Positions 41,665 through 55,928 of a stretch of DNA of 64,000 nt are shown here, in pieces. Position 1 is the first letter of the stretch. The number at the start of each line of letters is the position of its first letter. The stretch comes from the human T2T-CHM13v2.0 reference genome, Homo sapiens. The notes beneath the pieces are model-generated. The model was not told where the DNA came from, did not search any database, and was given only the letters and a program-made list of their open reading frames with translations. The stretch lies in assembly GCF_009914755.1 (NCBI RefSeq), contig NC_060935.1; one strand, given 5' to 3'. The position numbers and the translations under genes are program-made.

Positions 41665-43069
41665 GTAAGGTTATAAGATCTCATTTTGTGAGCAAAGACA
41701 ACAGTTTTTGTTTTATTTTTCCTCCTGTAGTGTCCTTCACCTAAGCATGTGATAGCACCTTGGAAAGAAAGACTTTTATTATTTGACATTTGCATCTGGG
41801 AAACCTGAAGCAGGTGGAAAATTTAAGTGAATTTCCCAATGTCTGTCATATTAACTGTGCTTAGTAATTCCAATATGATGCACTCAAATGTGGAAATATG
41901 CAGTCAGATTGCTTATTTTATCTATATGCTGGTCTGATTTATTTTTGGCTTTTCTTTCATGCAGCTGACCAATTTGACCTACTCTTTTGACATCGTACAC
42001 AGGCCACAGTGTCTGTAAAATCTGGCTTCTAAATCTGGATTTCTTTGCCCTACTTTTACAGCACACCTTCTAAAACTGCTGAATACCCAAACTCAGGAAC
42101 AAAATCATGTATTCTTTTTCCAAATGAGCTGACTAGAGTCATCCCACCCTGAACTAAAATTTTTCTTTTCCATTTGCTTTTGTTTTTAAGGTCTAGTCTA
42201 ACAGTACTTTTGCTGACCTCATGCTACCTCCTGGTAAAGATTCCTCTCCTTTTGTTGCTGTTGTGCTTTCATATTCCCAGGATAAAATTTCAACTATGTG
42301 AAAAATAGAATCACATGTTTAAAGGATCATCATCATCAGCACTATTTCCACTAAGTTTTTTATAGAGAATAAATTTAATTTAAATGTGAGAAAAAAGATC
42401 CCTGTAGACTTTATAAGATATAAGATTTGAGCATATCATTTGCAGGGGAGATTTCATCAACACTATTTTATTATTTAAATCATCTGTCAAGGTAAGAGTT
42501 GTTATCCTCATTTTCTAGCTAATGAAACTAAGAGCTTAGTAAGGTGCACCCTGTCCATCTGAAATTTTAGCAAGGTTTGGCAGAAGTTTAGCACATTTTA
42601 TCAGGGTTTTGCTTGCTCTCCATGGCTCTGGATTTTTGCATGGCTTTTGTATTTATTTATTTTTTAGTCCTTATCCTAGGATTTCTTTATCCTATATTTC
42701 TTTTTTCTTCATGGTGTGCACACGATTTTGGCAACTCTGTAGTCTAACCAAGGCTACTGAATATGGGTATGTAAATTGTACCCTTCACCAACAGATAGGT
42801 CAGAAAAAGAAGAAGACACTCCCTAGAAAGACCCTTCACAGTGCTATGGAAGTGTCTCCCCCAGAAGGAAGGGGCTACACCTTTCAGTAATTGATTCATT
42901 CAGAGGGCCTTTTATCTCCATCAAGGAGAGGGAGTTATTTAAGCCTAAACAGATGAATTTTTCTCTCTCTTCTGTCTTTTTGGGGTTCACTAATGATTGT
43001 CATATGAGTAATTAATTATTAAATTTGAGCTATCAGTTTTCAGATATAGGCAATCACAAGTATGGTACT

Positions 43070-44530
43070 GTAAAATAAAAGTTAAGAGCACAGGCGCTGG
43101 AAATAGACTGCCTGTGTTTGAACCCCACCTCTGCCACTTGCTAGCAGTATGATCTTGGGCAAATTACTTACCTCTCTTGTCCCTCATTTTCCTCATCTGT
43201 ACAGTGGTAATAATAGTAGTAACTACTTTTTAGGGCTGCTGTGGCAGTGAATGATTAAAATATGTATAGTACTTTGAACAGTATCTGGCCCTAGTAAACA
43301 CTATATTGTTGTTATTATTATTCTACTTATATAGTTCAGTGAAACTTAATTTGATTTTGTGCATAAATTTATTCTTTTTTTCAACAAACATTTGAGTGTG
43401 AAGCAGCATAAGCATTGGTAAAAAAAAAGTGGACTCTGGAATAAGAATGCTTTCAATTCAAATCTTGGTTTTACCACTTATTATGTGATACTGGGCAAGT
43501 GTCTTATTGCACTGTGTCTTGGTTATATAATCTGTAAAATAAATACCATAATAAAACCAACCTTATGGAATTGTTGGGGGTTTGAATGAGATAATTGCCT
43601 TTAGAAGAAGGTATGGCACATAATCAAGCAGTAAATAATAACTATTGTCATTATTGTGTTCCAGACAGTCATCTAGGTACTAGAGGATAGTGATTAAGAA
43701 TAAACATAGTACCTATTCTTGCAAAGCTTAGATTAGCAAAAAAACACAGTAAATAAGTAATTGAATATATAATCTATTACTTGTTATAAACACTAAAAGA
43801 TACAAGTTGCAAGTAAAATGTAAATTGAGGTGGGAGTAGGGCAAAGGATCAGAGAGCTTGGGAAATCTTCTTTATGGGAACGTATATTTAAACTGAGAAC
43901 TGAAGATTAATAGCTAGCCAGACCAAACATGGGGTAAGAGCCTTTGCGAGGAGGGAAGGGCATGTGTTGAGGTAGGAAGGCGCTTAGTACATTGCAAGAA
44001 ATGAAGCAAGTCTAGTTTCAACAGAAAAGAAAGAGGAAGAGAGTTTCATGAGACATGTTCGGGCTAGATCATGTATTACTTTGAAAATCATATTAAGGAG
44101 CTTATAATTTACAGTATGATCTATGAGAAGCCATTGAAATGTTCTAAACAGAGGAAGAGTATGATTAATTAGAGTATAGTCTGCTTATACAGGTATGCTA
44201 TAATGTCCTATGACTTGTCATCAAGGGCATTTTATTTAGTGAGTGTGGTCATTTACAAGGCAGCTTGATCAGTGTGAGCAGCCCAAGACAGCCTCAAAGA
44301 ATAGAGAGTCAGTGTGTGTAATGGAAAGATCCTTGGATTAAAAATCAGGAGACCTGGCTCCTAACTGGGCGTCAGGAGACCTGGCCTCTGGTTCTGGCTC
44401 TGCTACTTGGTAGGAAACTTGCCCAAAGTCACTCAGCTATCTTTTCTGGGCTCAGTGTCCTCAACCATAAAATGAAGGGGTTGAAGTAGATGATCTCTAA
44501 TGTCTTTTCCAGATCCAAAAGTCTGAGTTT
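43070..44530 (+). mobile_element. Cluster of MIR and L2 fragments
   Basis: MIR core motifs (TTGGGCAAATTACTTACCTCTC, CTCATCTGTA) at about 43080-43320, 43410-43650 and 44310-44530, with L2-like sequence between. Strands may differ among the pieces. Confidence 0.65.
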
Positions 44531-47474
44531 TAGGAAATCCATCTCTTGAAACCCAGTTTGGGGTAGTTGAGACAGACATTAGTATATATAAATAAGGAGA
44601 AGATTTACATAAATGAATGACTTTCTTTTCAAATTAAGACTTTTTTAATGGTCGTAGTTATAACACAAATGCAATTGATGGTTTATGAAATTTTCTCAGA
44701 AAAGGAATCCTAAAAGAATCTCAAGATACAGTAAAGTTTGACCTTTGAATTGACTTCAGTTCATACAAAGTAGATAGATAATAGACTTTAAGTCATTACT
44801 CTCATGGCAACTTGAGAAGTCTACTAATAACTTGAGATTATTAAAAAGTGGTAAAACATTTGGAGGTAGAAAAATGCATTGTGTGCTAGAATGGTGATAA
44901 TAAGGAGGGTAAGAATAAATTTATAGTTATGTTAGAAGATATTTTTCTTAGATACATTTAGTATTCACATACTTTGGAAATAGAGGAATTAAAGTGAATT
45001 TTAAAATAATTTATTATTGGCTGTTTTGTCACTTCAGAAATATTTGTAGATTTTTATTATGCAGCTCTTTTTCAAGTCTTGCTTTTTATCTACTTGAAAG
45101 AGATAAAACGTAAAAAACATAAAAAGATGATAAGTCTTGAAAGTAGCTTTGGAATTGATATATCTCCTCTGAATTCCTAGGTGAGGTAGAAATTACATAT
45201 TAAATTAAAGCTTTTAATTAGGATTTGCTGTTGTGCAAATTTGCTGCTTATTTCTAGTATGCTTGTCTAAAATGTAATTTTTTTCCTTTTATGTTTTTCA
45301 AAAGGAGTTTTAATGATATTCTAAATTCAGATATTTCTGATCCTACATATAAACTGTCTATTAAAAATATGGTTCCTTAAATAATACTCCATTTATATTC
45401 TGATATTTTGATGGATAAAAATGATTCGATAGAGAAGAAAGTGATTTTGTTAGTTCATAAACCAGTGTTCATATTCATATAACATTTGTATGTATTATAC
45501 TGTCATTTCCAGGAAATATACTTACTTAATCATTAATAATAATAAATATCATTTTAAATTCCTAGGCATAGGATTAAAGCATCAACTGCAAACTTTTATG
45601 CTAGCTGAAATTTATATATTAGAATATAAAATACCAGCTATCTTGTAATGTTAACTAGTTAAAATGAATAAGTGGTTAATAGTAGCTGGGATTTCTCTAG
45701 GGGGTAGCACACACTGATTAATAAGAACATTATCATGTAATATTCACTGACTATTTACATATCCTTGGATATATCTACTGATCTTATAGAAAATACTCTT
45801 TGCAGTCCTATTAGGTTTTTGAATAATGGCTGGCACCATGGAGCAGTTTTGTGACCAACATTCAAAAAAGACAGCAAAACAGTCATGAAGATCTTATCGT
45901 CTTTCTTTACAAAAAGTTTATTTAGCCATTGTTGCCTATTGTACATTAAATATACACATTTCATTTTTATTTTAGATCTTTTGTTATTTTTGCTCATGAA
46001 CCAAATATTGCCAATTTGTTATTTAACTATGCCCTTAGGGTATATTAGAACATGAAATGCATATATAAATAAATCTTGGGGAAATTTTTAATTGTCATTA
46101 TGAGCAAACAGCATGTTATTACATTAACAGTCCTGGATTATGGCAGCCACCCATTATTCAAATACATTAGGCATATTCTACTACTTTTATAATTATTGAT
46201 GGACTTTTTAAGAATATTATTGGCTTGGATTTGATTATATACTAAAATAAGCGTTCTCAAATTGTCTATTTCACATGTATTTTTAATTTAAAATGATGGC
46301 TTACCTTTATTTTCAATTAATATTTGTCTAATGCTATATAAATTACATGAGAGCATATTTTAAAGAAAGGATTATAGTTGTTAAACATGAAATAAAATTG
46401 TTCTTAAAGCTTATAGATCTTTAGGATATAGGCATATGTGTTTGGATAATGCAGGGACTTTGAATAAATCATCTGATATATATTTAAAATCAAGTTGTGC
46501 TGAATTGATTTTACTTATATTTAGAAAATGCATTGACAGTTGATGTCATGGTAATTTTCCCTTTCTTTGAGCTTTGTACATGCATATAAAAGAAAATGCA
46601 GTTATTTTCCACTTAATATGAGCAATATGTAACATTTCATTTTTTTCAGTTATTCTTGAAAAATAACATTTTCAGCATTAAAAATTTAAGCACCTATTTA
46701 TTAGGGTTGCTGCTGTCAAATACAGCTACTATCTAATGAGTTTGGAACAGCTTGCTTTTCTTTTTTCTTGTGGCCCTTTTACCAGATACTTATTCTGCAG
46801 GGTTCTCACATTCTTGGTATGGCCAATAAAAATTCCTTAGGACAGATGGTATCTTCCGTTAGTTCAAAAGTTTACAGAATCACCTTCATGTTCACAAGTT
46901 GACGCCTTTCAGAGCAGTTATCCTAATTTTGTATGTGACTTGTGCAGCAGAACCAGCTTGATCTTTTTTGATATAAATGCAGGGTAGACACTTGAAAATC
47001 AGTGTGAAGCAGGTGCTGGTCTAGGGATTTTGCATATAATGAACTGTTTCCTACCTCACAAACTTGAAACTTTTGTCTCAAAATACTGAATAATTTTGGT
47101 TAAAGAGAGCATATGAACCACTTTGAATTCTCCAGTTAGAAAAATATATTTGTACTGAGAGGTACAGTGGGGATGAAAATAGAATTTGATAGTATCTGGA
47201 TCATCTTTAGGGATTAAAAATATACCAACTTTCTTCTTCAGTGAATCATGCCAAATACCAGAACTTGCCTGAATGATATTGTTAGCCATTCTCCAGTCTA
47301 CAAGGTGGATTGCTATTCATTTTTCAGCACCACAATCTTCAATCCCAAGCTTTTTTTTTCCACCAAAGAGGTTTCTGTAGTGTTTCTACATAGAAAAAGA
47401 CAGCGGCATGAGGGAGAATGCACTGTCATGGAAAATAGTCATTTGTGTATTCAGCAAACATTTAAGTAGTCAAG

Positions 47475-47720
47475 CATAGTGGCTAAAAGCATGGACTCTG
47501 AACCTAAATTGCCAAAGAGCCAAGTTCCTCTACCCTCGAATTGGGTGACCTGAGGCAAGTTACTTAATCTACACATCTGTTTCATTATCTGTAAAATGGA
47601 TATAATAATAGCACCCACTTCACAGTTTTCTTGAGAAGACTCAATACATGAATACATGTAAAATGCTTAGAACAGTACTTGACATATAATAAGAACTCAA
47701 CTGTTAAGTATGATTATTAG
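47475..47720 (+). mobile_element. MIR
   Basis: Core GTGACCTGAGGCAAGTTACTTAATC...TCTGTAAAATGG. Confidence 0.75.
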
Positions 47721-49240
47721 AATTCTTTAGAAATTTAATACTGCTAATTTATTGGGAAGAAAACATTCTTTCTCAGCAACTTGGAAGATTAAAAGGATTA
47801 TTTTTTCCAGGTGGCCCCAGTCTAAAACACTTATAGGCTGATATGTAAATCTTTATAAAAGTTATGGCAAACATATTTCTGGGAGGAATACACTGATGTG
47901 TATGTGTATGCATGTTGATTATAGTTGCCTGGCAAAAGATTTCAGGCAACTGAAATCCCACCATTGAGCTATAATGTTTTAACATAAAGCAACTAGCCAC
48001 AATATTTAATCAAATTTCCTGATTTTGATCTACTGGCAAGTTGTCATTCTTGACTAAATTAATCATGCGAAGATCAAATATCGCAATTATAAATTTAGGA
48101 AGTGAAACTATTACTTCTAAACTAGGACACTCTAGATTAATGTTCAAACCAATGTCTTTACGGACCAGCACCGGTCAGGACTTTAACATGATTTAATTGT
48201 ATTCATTTAATGTTCTTTCTTTCCCTACAAACACCAACCACAATGAAATGCTGAGGTTAGGGAAGAAATGATTCTCTGGTGCTAAAATCACACTGCTTCC
48301 AGTACATGTAGTCTGATGTGTTAAACCAGGTGCACAATTTAAACTAAAGAAGATTTGATTCTGTGTAACAGAGATATTTACCTTTGTATGACTTTTACTT
48401 GAGAAAGTGTAATTATTTCTACACAGCCTGTTCTTAAGAATTTGCCATGGATAAATTCAGCTACTTTTATATTATATTTTTTTGAAAAAAATACTGTTGA
48501 TAATATTAATATTAATGTAATAATGAGATAATATATCATCCCCATATAAAGATTATAACTGATTTCTTACAATCATACATTGATTGTAATCATAAAGTAT
48601 ATATTTAATAATTTTTAATCATTGGAAGGAAAATATGTTACACATGAAGTTATTTTAAAAAGTCTCAGACTTGTGTTTTTTCTTCATTTGAGGTAGTACA
48701 TTTCAACTATAAAGTATGTAATAGTCTGTTTTTGCCAAAAAAAACTCACCTTTCAGAGCTATAAAATATACAGAATTGAAAGCTGACACCTAATATATTT
48801 TTCATTAGATACAGATGTTCAATGTAAAATTCTTTTTACAAGTATTCATGAAAAACAGGATAACTAAAAAGATATAATGTATAAAAAGTAAAAATCATAC
48901 TTTTTGGTAAATTGTTAATGGCTTTTTAATGAAAGCCATTTTTTTCTTTTTATGATTTATGTGTTGTTTTAAGTATATTGTAACTATCTTATAACTTAAA
49001 ATTATGAATGGAATCTTCAAATTGCCATAGAACTTAATGAAATAAGAATACATAAAGATCTATTACAAACGTAGAAAATCTTGCAAATAATTTGTAAAGA
49101 AATAATTCAACAATTTAGAGTAAAGTTTATCTTCTTTATCTTAAAATTTAAACTTATTTGAATAACATTATAATTAAGAGAATTATTTCTAATATTTACT
49201 TTCTGTAATTTTGTGAAATAATTTTCTTATTAGAAAATGT

Positions 49241-49550
49241 GGCCTGGCGTGGTGCCTTATGCCTGTAATCCCAGCACTTTGGGAGGCTGAGGCGGGCAGA
49301 TCACTAGGTCAAGAGATCGAGACCATCCAGGCCAACATGGTGAAACCCTGTCTCTACTAAAAATACCAAAATTAGGTGGGCATGGTAGTGCATGCCTGTA
49401 GTCCCAGCTACTTGGGAGGCAGAGGTTGCAGTGAGCCAAGATCGTGCCACTGCACTCCAGCCTGACGAGATCGCACCACTGCACTCCAGCCTGTGGTTAG
49501 TCACTTTCTGCTAAAAAAAAAAAAAAAAAAAGGAAAAAAAAAAAAAAAAG
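49241..49550 (+). mobile_element. AluSc-like with internal deletion and duplication
   Basis: TSD AGAAAATG at 49232 and 49551, long A tail. Confidence 0.92.
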
Positions 49551-49875
49551 AGAAAATGCAGGCCAATATGATGAATACACAATACAAATTCTGTTACACT
49601 GGCTTTTTTGTATTTTGGGCATGCTACTTTCATTTCTGAACTGAGCTGCACACAATTTTGAAATAAAAGTTCTGCACAGGCTACCTGTGTGGTGAGTATT
49701 TAAAGCTACTGATGTTTTTCCACCTGCAGAAGTCATTATTTTAATTGGGGGCTAAAATATGAACTACTTAAAAAGTAATTTGTTTTCCTTAAGACTGCTC
49801 CCAAAAATGGAAAAAAAAAGTCATTTTAAGCAGATGTTTCTTGAAATCCAAATATATTAGATATTCTGAGTTTAA

Positions 49876-50207
<332 letters not shown>

Positions 50208-50394
50208 AGATTATATTTATTTTAAGGTTCATGGAATTGAACTACATGCCTGTTTCTTAAGATAAAAGATAAGCCTTGAGCATCTTGGTATAAAACTTTA
50301 AAATAATTTCTTTTTTTTTTTTGCTTTTGACTTAACTGTGTTTCACAAAAATAATATTAATGTTTTCTCAAAGTTTTCTAGCAGCTTATTTCTT

Positions 50395-51150
50395 CATTTG
50401 TTCATTCACATGCTCACTGAGCACATTTACTGGGTGCCTAGTATGTGAATAACATTATGCTTACCTCTGTAGGAGATACAAAAAATAATAATAAAAAAGA
50501 TATACCTCAAGGTTTATAACATACTAAAGAAGACAAACACTGCATACAAAACATACTACTAACAATAGAATATGTTTGATCAGTGCCAGAGTAAGTGATA
50601 TTCATGAGTATGACATACGGAAAACAGATCAATGTGTACTGGATGAATCTCCCTCTGGAACTCTGATTAAAGATAGAACTTGTCCAAGGAGGTAGAAGGT
50701 AGGGCATTGAAGTTGGGGGCCATACCAGGAACAAAAGCATAGCAGCAGAAATAGAAAGGTCTGCAAGGGGAATCTGTGAAGGCAGCCTATAGATAGATCA
50801 CGGAGTAGGGTGTAGGGATGTTAGATGGGAAAGATGGGTTAGAGGAATACAGGGAGACCTTTGGATATTGGGTTAAAGTGCTTAGTTTTTATATTCCAGG
50901 TAAAGGAGAAAATTAGGGATTGTGCAATAAAGGTGTCTGGAGAATGCCTCAGTGAGGACGGTGTTTAGCCATCTTAATTTTAGCAGTGAGCATGGTATGT
51001 ATTGGAGAGAGAAGTTGAGGACACAAAGAATAGCCATTGTTCTTGTTGCTAGAGGTTTAAGTATCACCTTATGAAGATTTTTATTAAGGTTATGGCATGA
51101 GAAATAGAAGGAAGCTTGAATCTGTAGGACTTCTGACTAATAATTTACAC
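50395..51150 (-). mobile_element. L2 fragment
   Basis: Starts with CATTTGTTCATTCA..CATTTACTGGGTGCCTAGTATGTG, the reverse complement of an L2 3' end. Confidence 0.55.
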
Positions 51151-51257
51151 AAAAAATTAAGGCAGGAAAATGGAATCTTCTGAAACTTGGATTAATAGGA
51201 AACAAAAAAAGGAAGGGGCTTTGAGAAAGATACGTTTAGAAAGAGTATATAAGAAAG

Positions 51258-51513
51258 CAGTGCAGTGGCACGATCTCAGCTCACTGCAGCCTCTGCCTCC
51301 CAGGCCCAAGCCATCCTCTCACCTCAGCCTCCCGAGTAGCTGGGACTGCATGCAGGCATGCACCACCATGCCTGGCTAATTTTTGTGTTTTTGTAGAAAT
51401 GGGGTTTCACCATGTTGCCCCATGGCTGGTCTCTAACTCACGAGCTCAAGCAATCCACCTACCTCCGGCTTCCAAAATTCTGGGATTACAGGCCTGAGCT
51501 ACTGTGCCCCGCC
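51258..51513 (-). mobile_element. AluJ, 3'-truncated
   Basis: Alu body without its tail. Confidence 0.88.
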
Positions 51514-51657
51514 TACCTGTATTATTTTAATCAGGAAAACCATTTCAATAGAATCTAGAGATATGGTTTTATACATTGGCCATGTTATTCAAGTTCCCAA
51601 TGGTGGTTTTTAAAAAATACATACATGGTTCTATTTTAAATTAAAGAAAATTGATCT

Positions 51658-51830
51658 GGCTGGGTGCACCCTAGATTACATGACTGTAATCCCAGTACTT
51701 TTGGAGGCCGAGGCTGGAGGATTGCTTGAGCCCAAGGAGCTCAAAACTGCAGTGAGCTATGATCCTGCCACTGCACTCCAGATTGCGTGACAGAGTACAA
51801 TCCTGTAGAGAGAGAGAGAGAGCGAGAGAC
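51658..51830 (+). mobile_element. Alu monomer (FAM/FRAM-like) with (GA)n tail
   Basis: Single-arm Alu sequence followed by an AG repeat. Confidence 0.75.
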
Positions 51831-52214
51831 CTACGGCGTTCTTGTAGTCAGACATACACCTAACAAAAAATACTTGTCCTGCATTATGTCCTGCCTTGTG
51901 GGTCAAAGTAATTGAATGGGCCACTGGGGATGAGAATGGAATGATTAATGGAGGCCAAATTGTGAAATCACTGGTAAAGCTGGTTCTTTGAGTTTTGTTG
52001 GTTAGTTTTCATTCCCCTTGATTACTAAATGATGGAACTCTTTCACCCAGGATATCATTTTGCCACCTTTTATTTGAAATAAAACTGTTATGCAGTTAGC
52101 ACTATGTTATGAAAATATTAAATGTTGAGATTCTTGCAACCAAAGGAAGATAGAAAATTCCAAAGAAATGACTATTTCTGGTAAGCTCCTATCCCAGTTA
52201 TGTAACTCAGCTAG

Positions 52215-52469
<255 letters not shown>

Positions 52470-53077
52470 TAGATTACATTTATAATTGCTTATAAATTGT
52501 GTGTAATTAAAAAATTTATTGTGAACGGATGCATCAAGGTCTATACTAACAACAAAGTACAGAGAGTTCTTTTTAATTAGGTAACATGTTATTTGCACTC
52601 TAATTACATAAATTGCATAATCCTTTTGGTGAATCTAATTAAATAAAAGCTTATGAGAAATGATGGTATTAAAAGAGTATTGTGTATAAACTCAATGAAT
52701 CTGAAATATTGATTAAAAACTTAGCAGAGAAATAATTGTGTCATTAGGCAATGCACAGATCTAGCCAAGAAAGATTTACTGAATAGATCTTTGTTTTCAA
52801 AAATATTATGGCAGAATACTAGAACAAAATTTCTGGACTGTAATTTTTGGTTTATTCTAAATAAGTAGTACCATTGAACTAAGTAAATTTGGACAAATTA
52901 TTTTATTTCTAACTGCTCAGATTTCTTTTCTCCACATTAATTCTAATATTCTTTTCTAGTGATTATAAACACTTGATGAAAGTATAGTGTTTGACTTTTT
53001 TTGAAGAAAACAAGAGAGATTGTACTTAATTTTTAATAGAGAATGAAAAGAGATATAAAAAATATTAAAATAATGTT

Positions 53078-53400
<323 letters not shown>

Positions 53401-53604
53401 GTTGAAGACAATTTAAGACAAAAAGCAACTGTTAAGCCTTTTCTGCAACTCTGACAGAAAAAATAAAAGGGGTGTATGTGTGTATTACCACTGAATTTAT
53501 TTTTTAAATATTTTATATTACTCCGTAAAGTATTGTATAATATACAAAACCTCCCTCTATTTTTTTATTTCTTAAAAGCAGCTCTGTGAAGGTATTAATT
53601 AATT

Positions 53605-54102
53605 CAGTGGCTCCCAAACTTTGCTGCACATTGGAATTACCTGAGCATCTTTTAAAAAAATGCTGAGAGCTGGGCTGGATGTGGTGGCTCGTGACTGTAA
53701 TCTCAGCACTTTGCGGGGGTCAAGGCAGGCAGATTGCTTGAGCTCGGGAGTCGAGATCAACCTGGGCAACATGACAAAGCACCATCTGTAAGAAAAACAC
53801 AAAAAAGTTAGCAGGGAATGGTGGTGTGTTCCTGTAGCCCCAGGTATTTGGGAAACTGAGGCGGCAGGTTCAATTGAGCCCAGGAGGTTGAGGTTGCAGT
53901 GAGCCAAGATCACAACACTGCACTCCAGCCTAGAAGACGGAATGAGACCATTTCTCAAAAGTAATAATAAAATAAAATAATACTGAGACCTCGATCCCAT
54001 GCCTGAACATTCTGATTTAATCCCATAGGGTGAAACCTGGGTACTAGAATTTTTAAAAAGCTCCCCAGGTGATTCTAATGTGCAGCAAAGTTTGGTAACC
54101 AT
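53605..54102. mobile_element. MER5A (hAT-Charlie) element split by an AluJ (about 53670-53980, + strand)
   Basis: Inverted ends CCAAACTTTGCTGCACATTGGAATTACCTG / CAGGTGATTCTAATGTGCAGCAAAGTTTGG. The Alu is flanked by AAT(G/A)CTGAGA. Confidence 0.85.
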
Positions 54103-54980
54103 TAATTTCTTTTAATTTTCTCCTTAATTGGATGGTTGAAGACTGTAAGTAATTTGTACAAGATTGGCTAGTAAGTGACCAAGCAAGAATTTGACACAGA
54201 CAACTTTGCAAGTTTAATGCTCTCTCATTTTTGTTCATTATGTCATTATGGGTAGCCCAGGTGTGAGGAGACTGTTTATGAAAATGCTTTGTGTCAAGCT
54301 TAATGTTAGGACACCAATTTTTCTTCTGCTCTCATTTCCGTCGTGATGTAACTGGCCTCTACATCAGCTACTGATGAAAAAATATAATGCCGATAAGAGG
54401 ACAACTTGTATAGAAGGTTTACAGTAAAGCAATGAACAGAGGGAAATAAGCTGTGGTGCCCAGACTCTTGAAAGCATTACCTTCACATTACGAAGTTCCT
54501 GAAACTTGTATTGCTTATTGTTGAGGATGGAGAGCCGAATGCCTCAGTGTAAAGAATCCTTGAATCCTCCAGAGTAGTAAAGATTAACCAACTCTATTAA
54601 GGCTGTTGTGCAGTTCTGGTTTTGCTTTGTTTATAAGCCTTTGCTTTTTTAAAACAGAAGCAAAGATTCCCAAATAGATTTGTAATTGTAAGACTCAATG
54701 TAAGATAACCCTAAAGCATTAGCCTATAGGTCAAAGGCTTTGACATTAAGTGCATTTTGCTTGGGTTCTAGTTTTATTTATTAATTGGACGTGTCTGAGC
54801 CGTACTTTCCTTATCTGTGAAATAGGATTAATAATTACATATGTATAGCTTCCATAGAGCATTGCACAAAATAGGGCTCTTGATAAAATCTCTTTTTGAT
54901 AAAATCTCTTTTCCTTACGTGAAAGATAAGAGACCCTTGTAAGTATTTTCGATTAACTATAAGAAAATAAATACTTTATA

Positions 54981-55070
54981 GTCTACGGCCATACCACCCT
55001 GAACATGCCCAGTCTCGTCTGATCTCGGAAGCTAAGCGGGGTCGGGCCTGGTTAGGACTTGGAAGGGAGA
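54981..55070 (+). pseudogene. 5S rRNA retropseudogene, nt 1-90, 3'-truncated and tailless
   Basis: GTCTACGGCCATACCACCCTGAAC...GGGAGA with about 7 mismatches to human 5S rRNA, and a 19-nt TSD. Confidence 0.95.
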
Positions 55071-55439
55071 AAATAAATGCTTTATAAATGTTTGTATTTA
55101 GCATGAGAGCTGCTATGTGCAAATATGTATACATTTGCCCCAATCTCCATGATAATATGGAATATTGAGAATATTTATTGATCAAAAGTTATGTAAGTAC
55201 TTTCCTTTTAAACAGCCATTTCAATATTATAATTTTTATAATAAAACTATAAAACAAAAAGAAAAGAATTTTTTTCAGTTAGTAAAACTGCAGCAAGTTA
55301 TTAAACTTGAAATAGTTCCGTGAACCTGAGCAAATTTTTAACTGAATATAAAGCTAAATTTTTTTCTGATTGTGATAAAGGTTTTAGTATAAAACCTTAA
55401 ATGTGTTACTTGAACAAGTGGAGGTTTAAAAATACTTAT

Positions 55440-55928
55440 TATCATCTCACCAAAAAGTCACATGCACCTGTATGTTCATAGCAGCACTATTCACTACTGC
55501 AAAGACATGAAATCAACCTAGATACTCATCAACGGTGGACTGGCTAAGAAAATATGGTCCCTATATACCATGGAATACCTTGCAGCCATAAGAAACCAAA
55601 ATCATGTCCTTTGCAGAAACATGGGGGCAGCTGAAGGCCATTATCTTAAGCAAGTTAATGCAGGAACAGAACCAAATGGTCTCACATATAAGTGGGAGCT
55701 AAACACTGAGTACACATGGACACAAACAGGAGAACAAAAGACACTGGGGCCTACTTGAGCAGGAAGGGCGGCAAGAGGGTGAAGGTCAAAAAACTACCTA
55801 TTGGGTTCTATGCTCACTATCTGGGTGATGAAACCATTTATATACCCAACCTCAACAAGGTGCAATTTACCCATGTAACAATCCTGCACATGTCCCCTCC
55901 GAACCTAAAATAAAAGTTAAAAAAAAAT
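55440..55928 (+). mobile_element. Older L1 3' end (L1PA15-16/L1PB-like)
   Basis: ORF2 tail plus 3'UTR ending CCTAAAATAAAAGTT-poly(A). Confidence 0.85.

Noticed and set aside
41665-41744. ORF-track extensions of GAS2 exons (41665-41744; also 52239-52311 and 52434-52472)
   Set aside because: Read-through into introns beyond canonical splice sites.
47322-47332. TTCAGCACCAC, a REST/RE1-like motif
   Set aside because: Left half-site only; the GGACAG half is missing.
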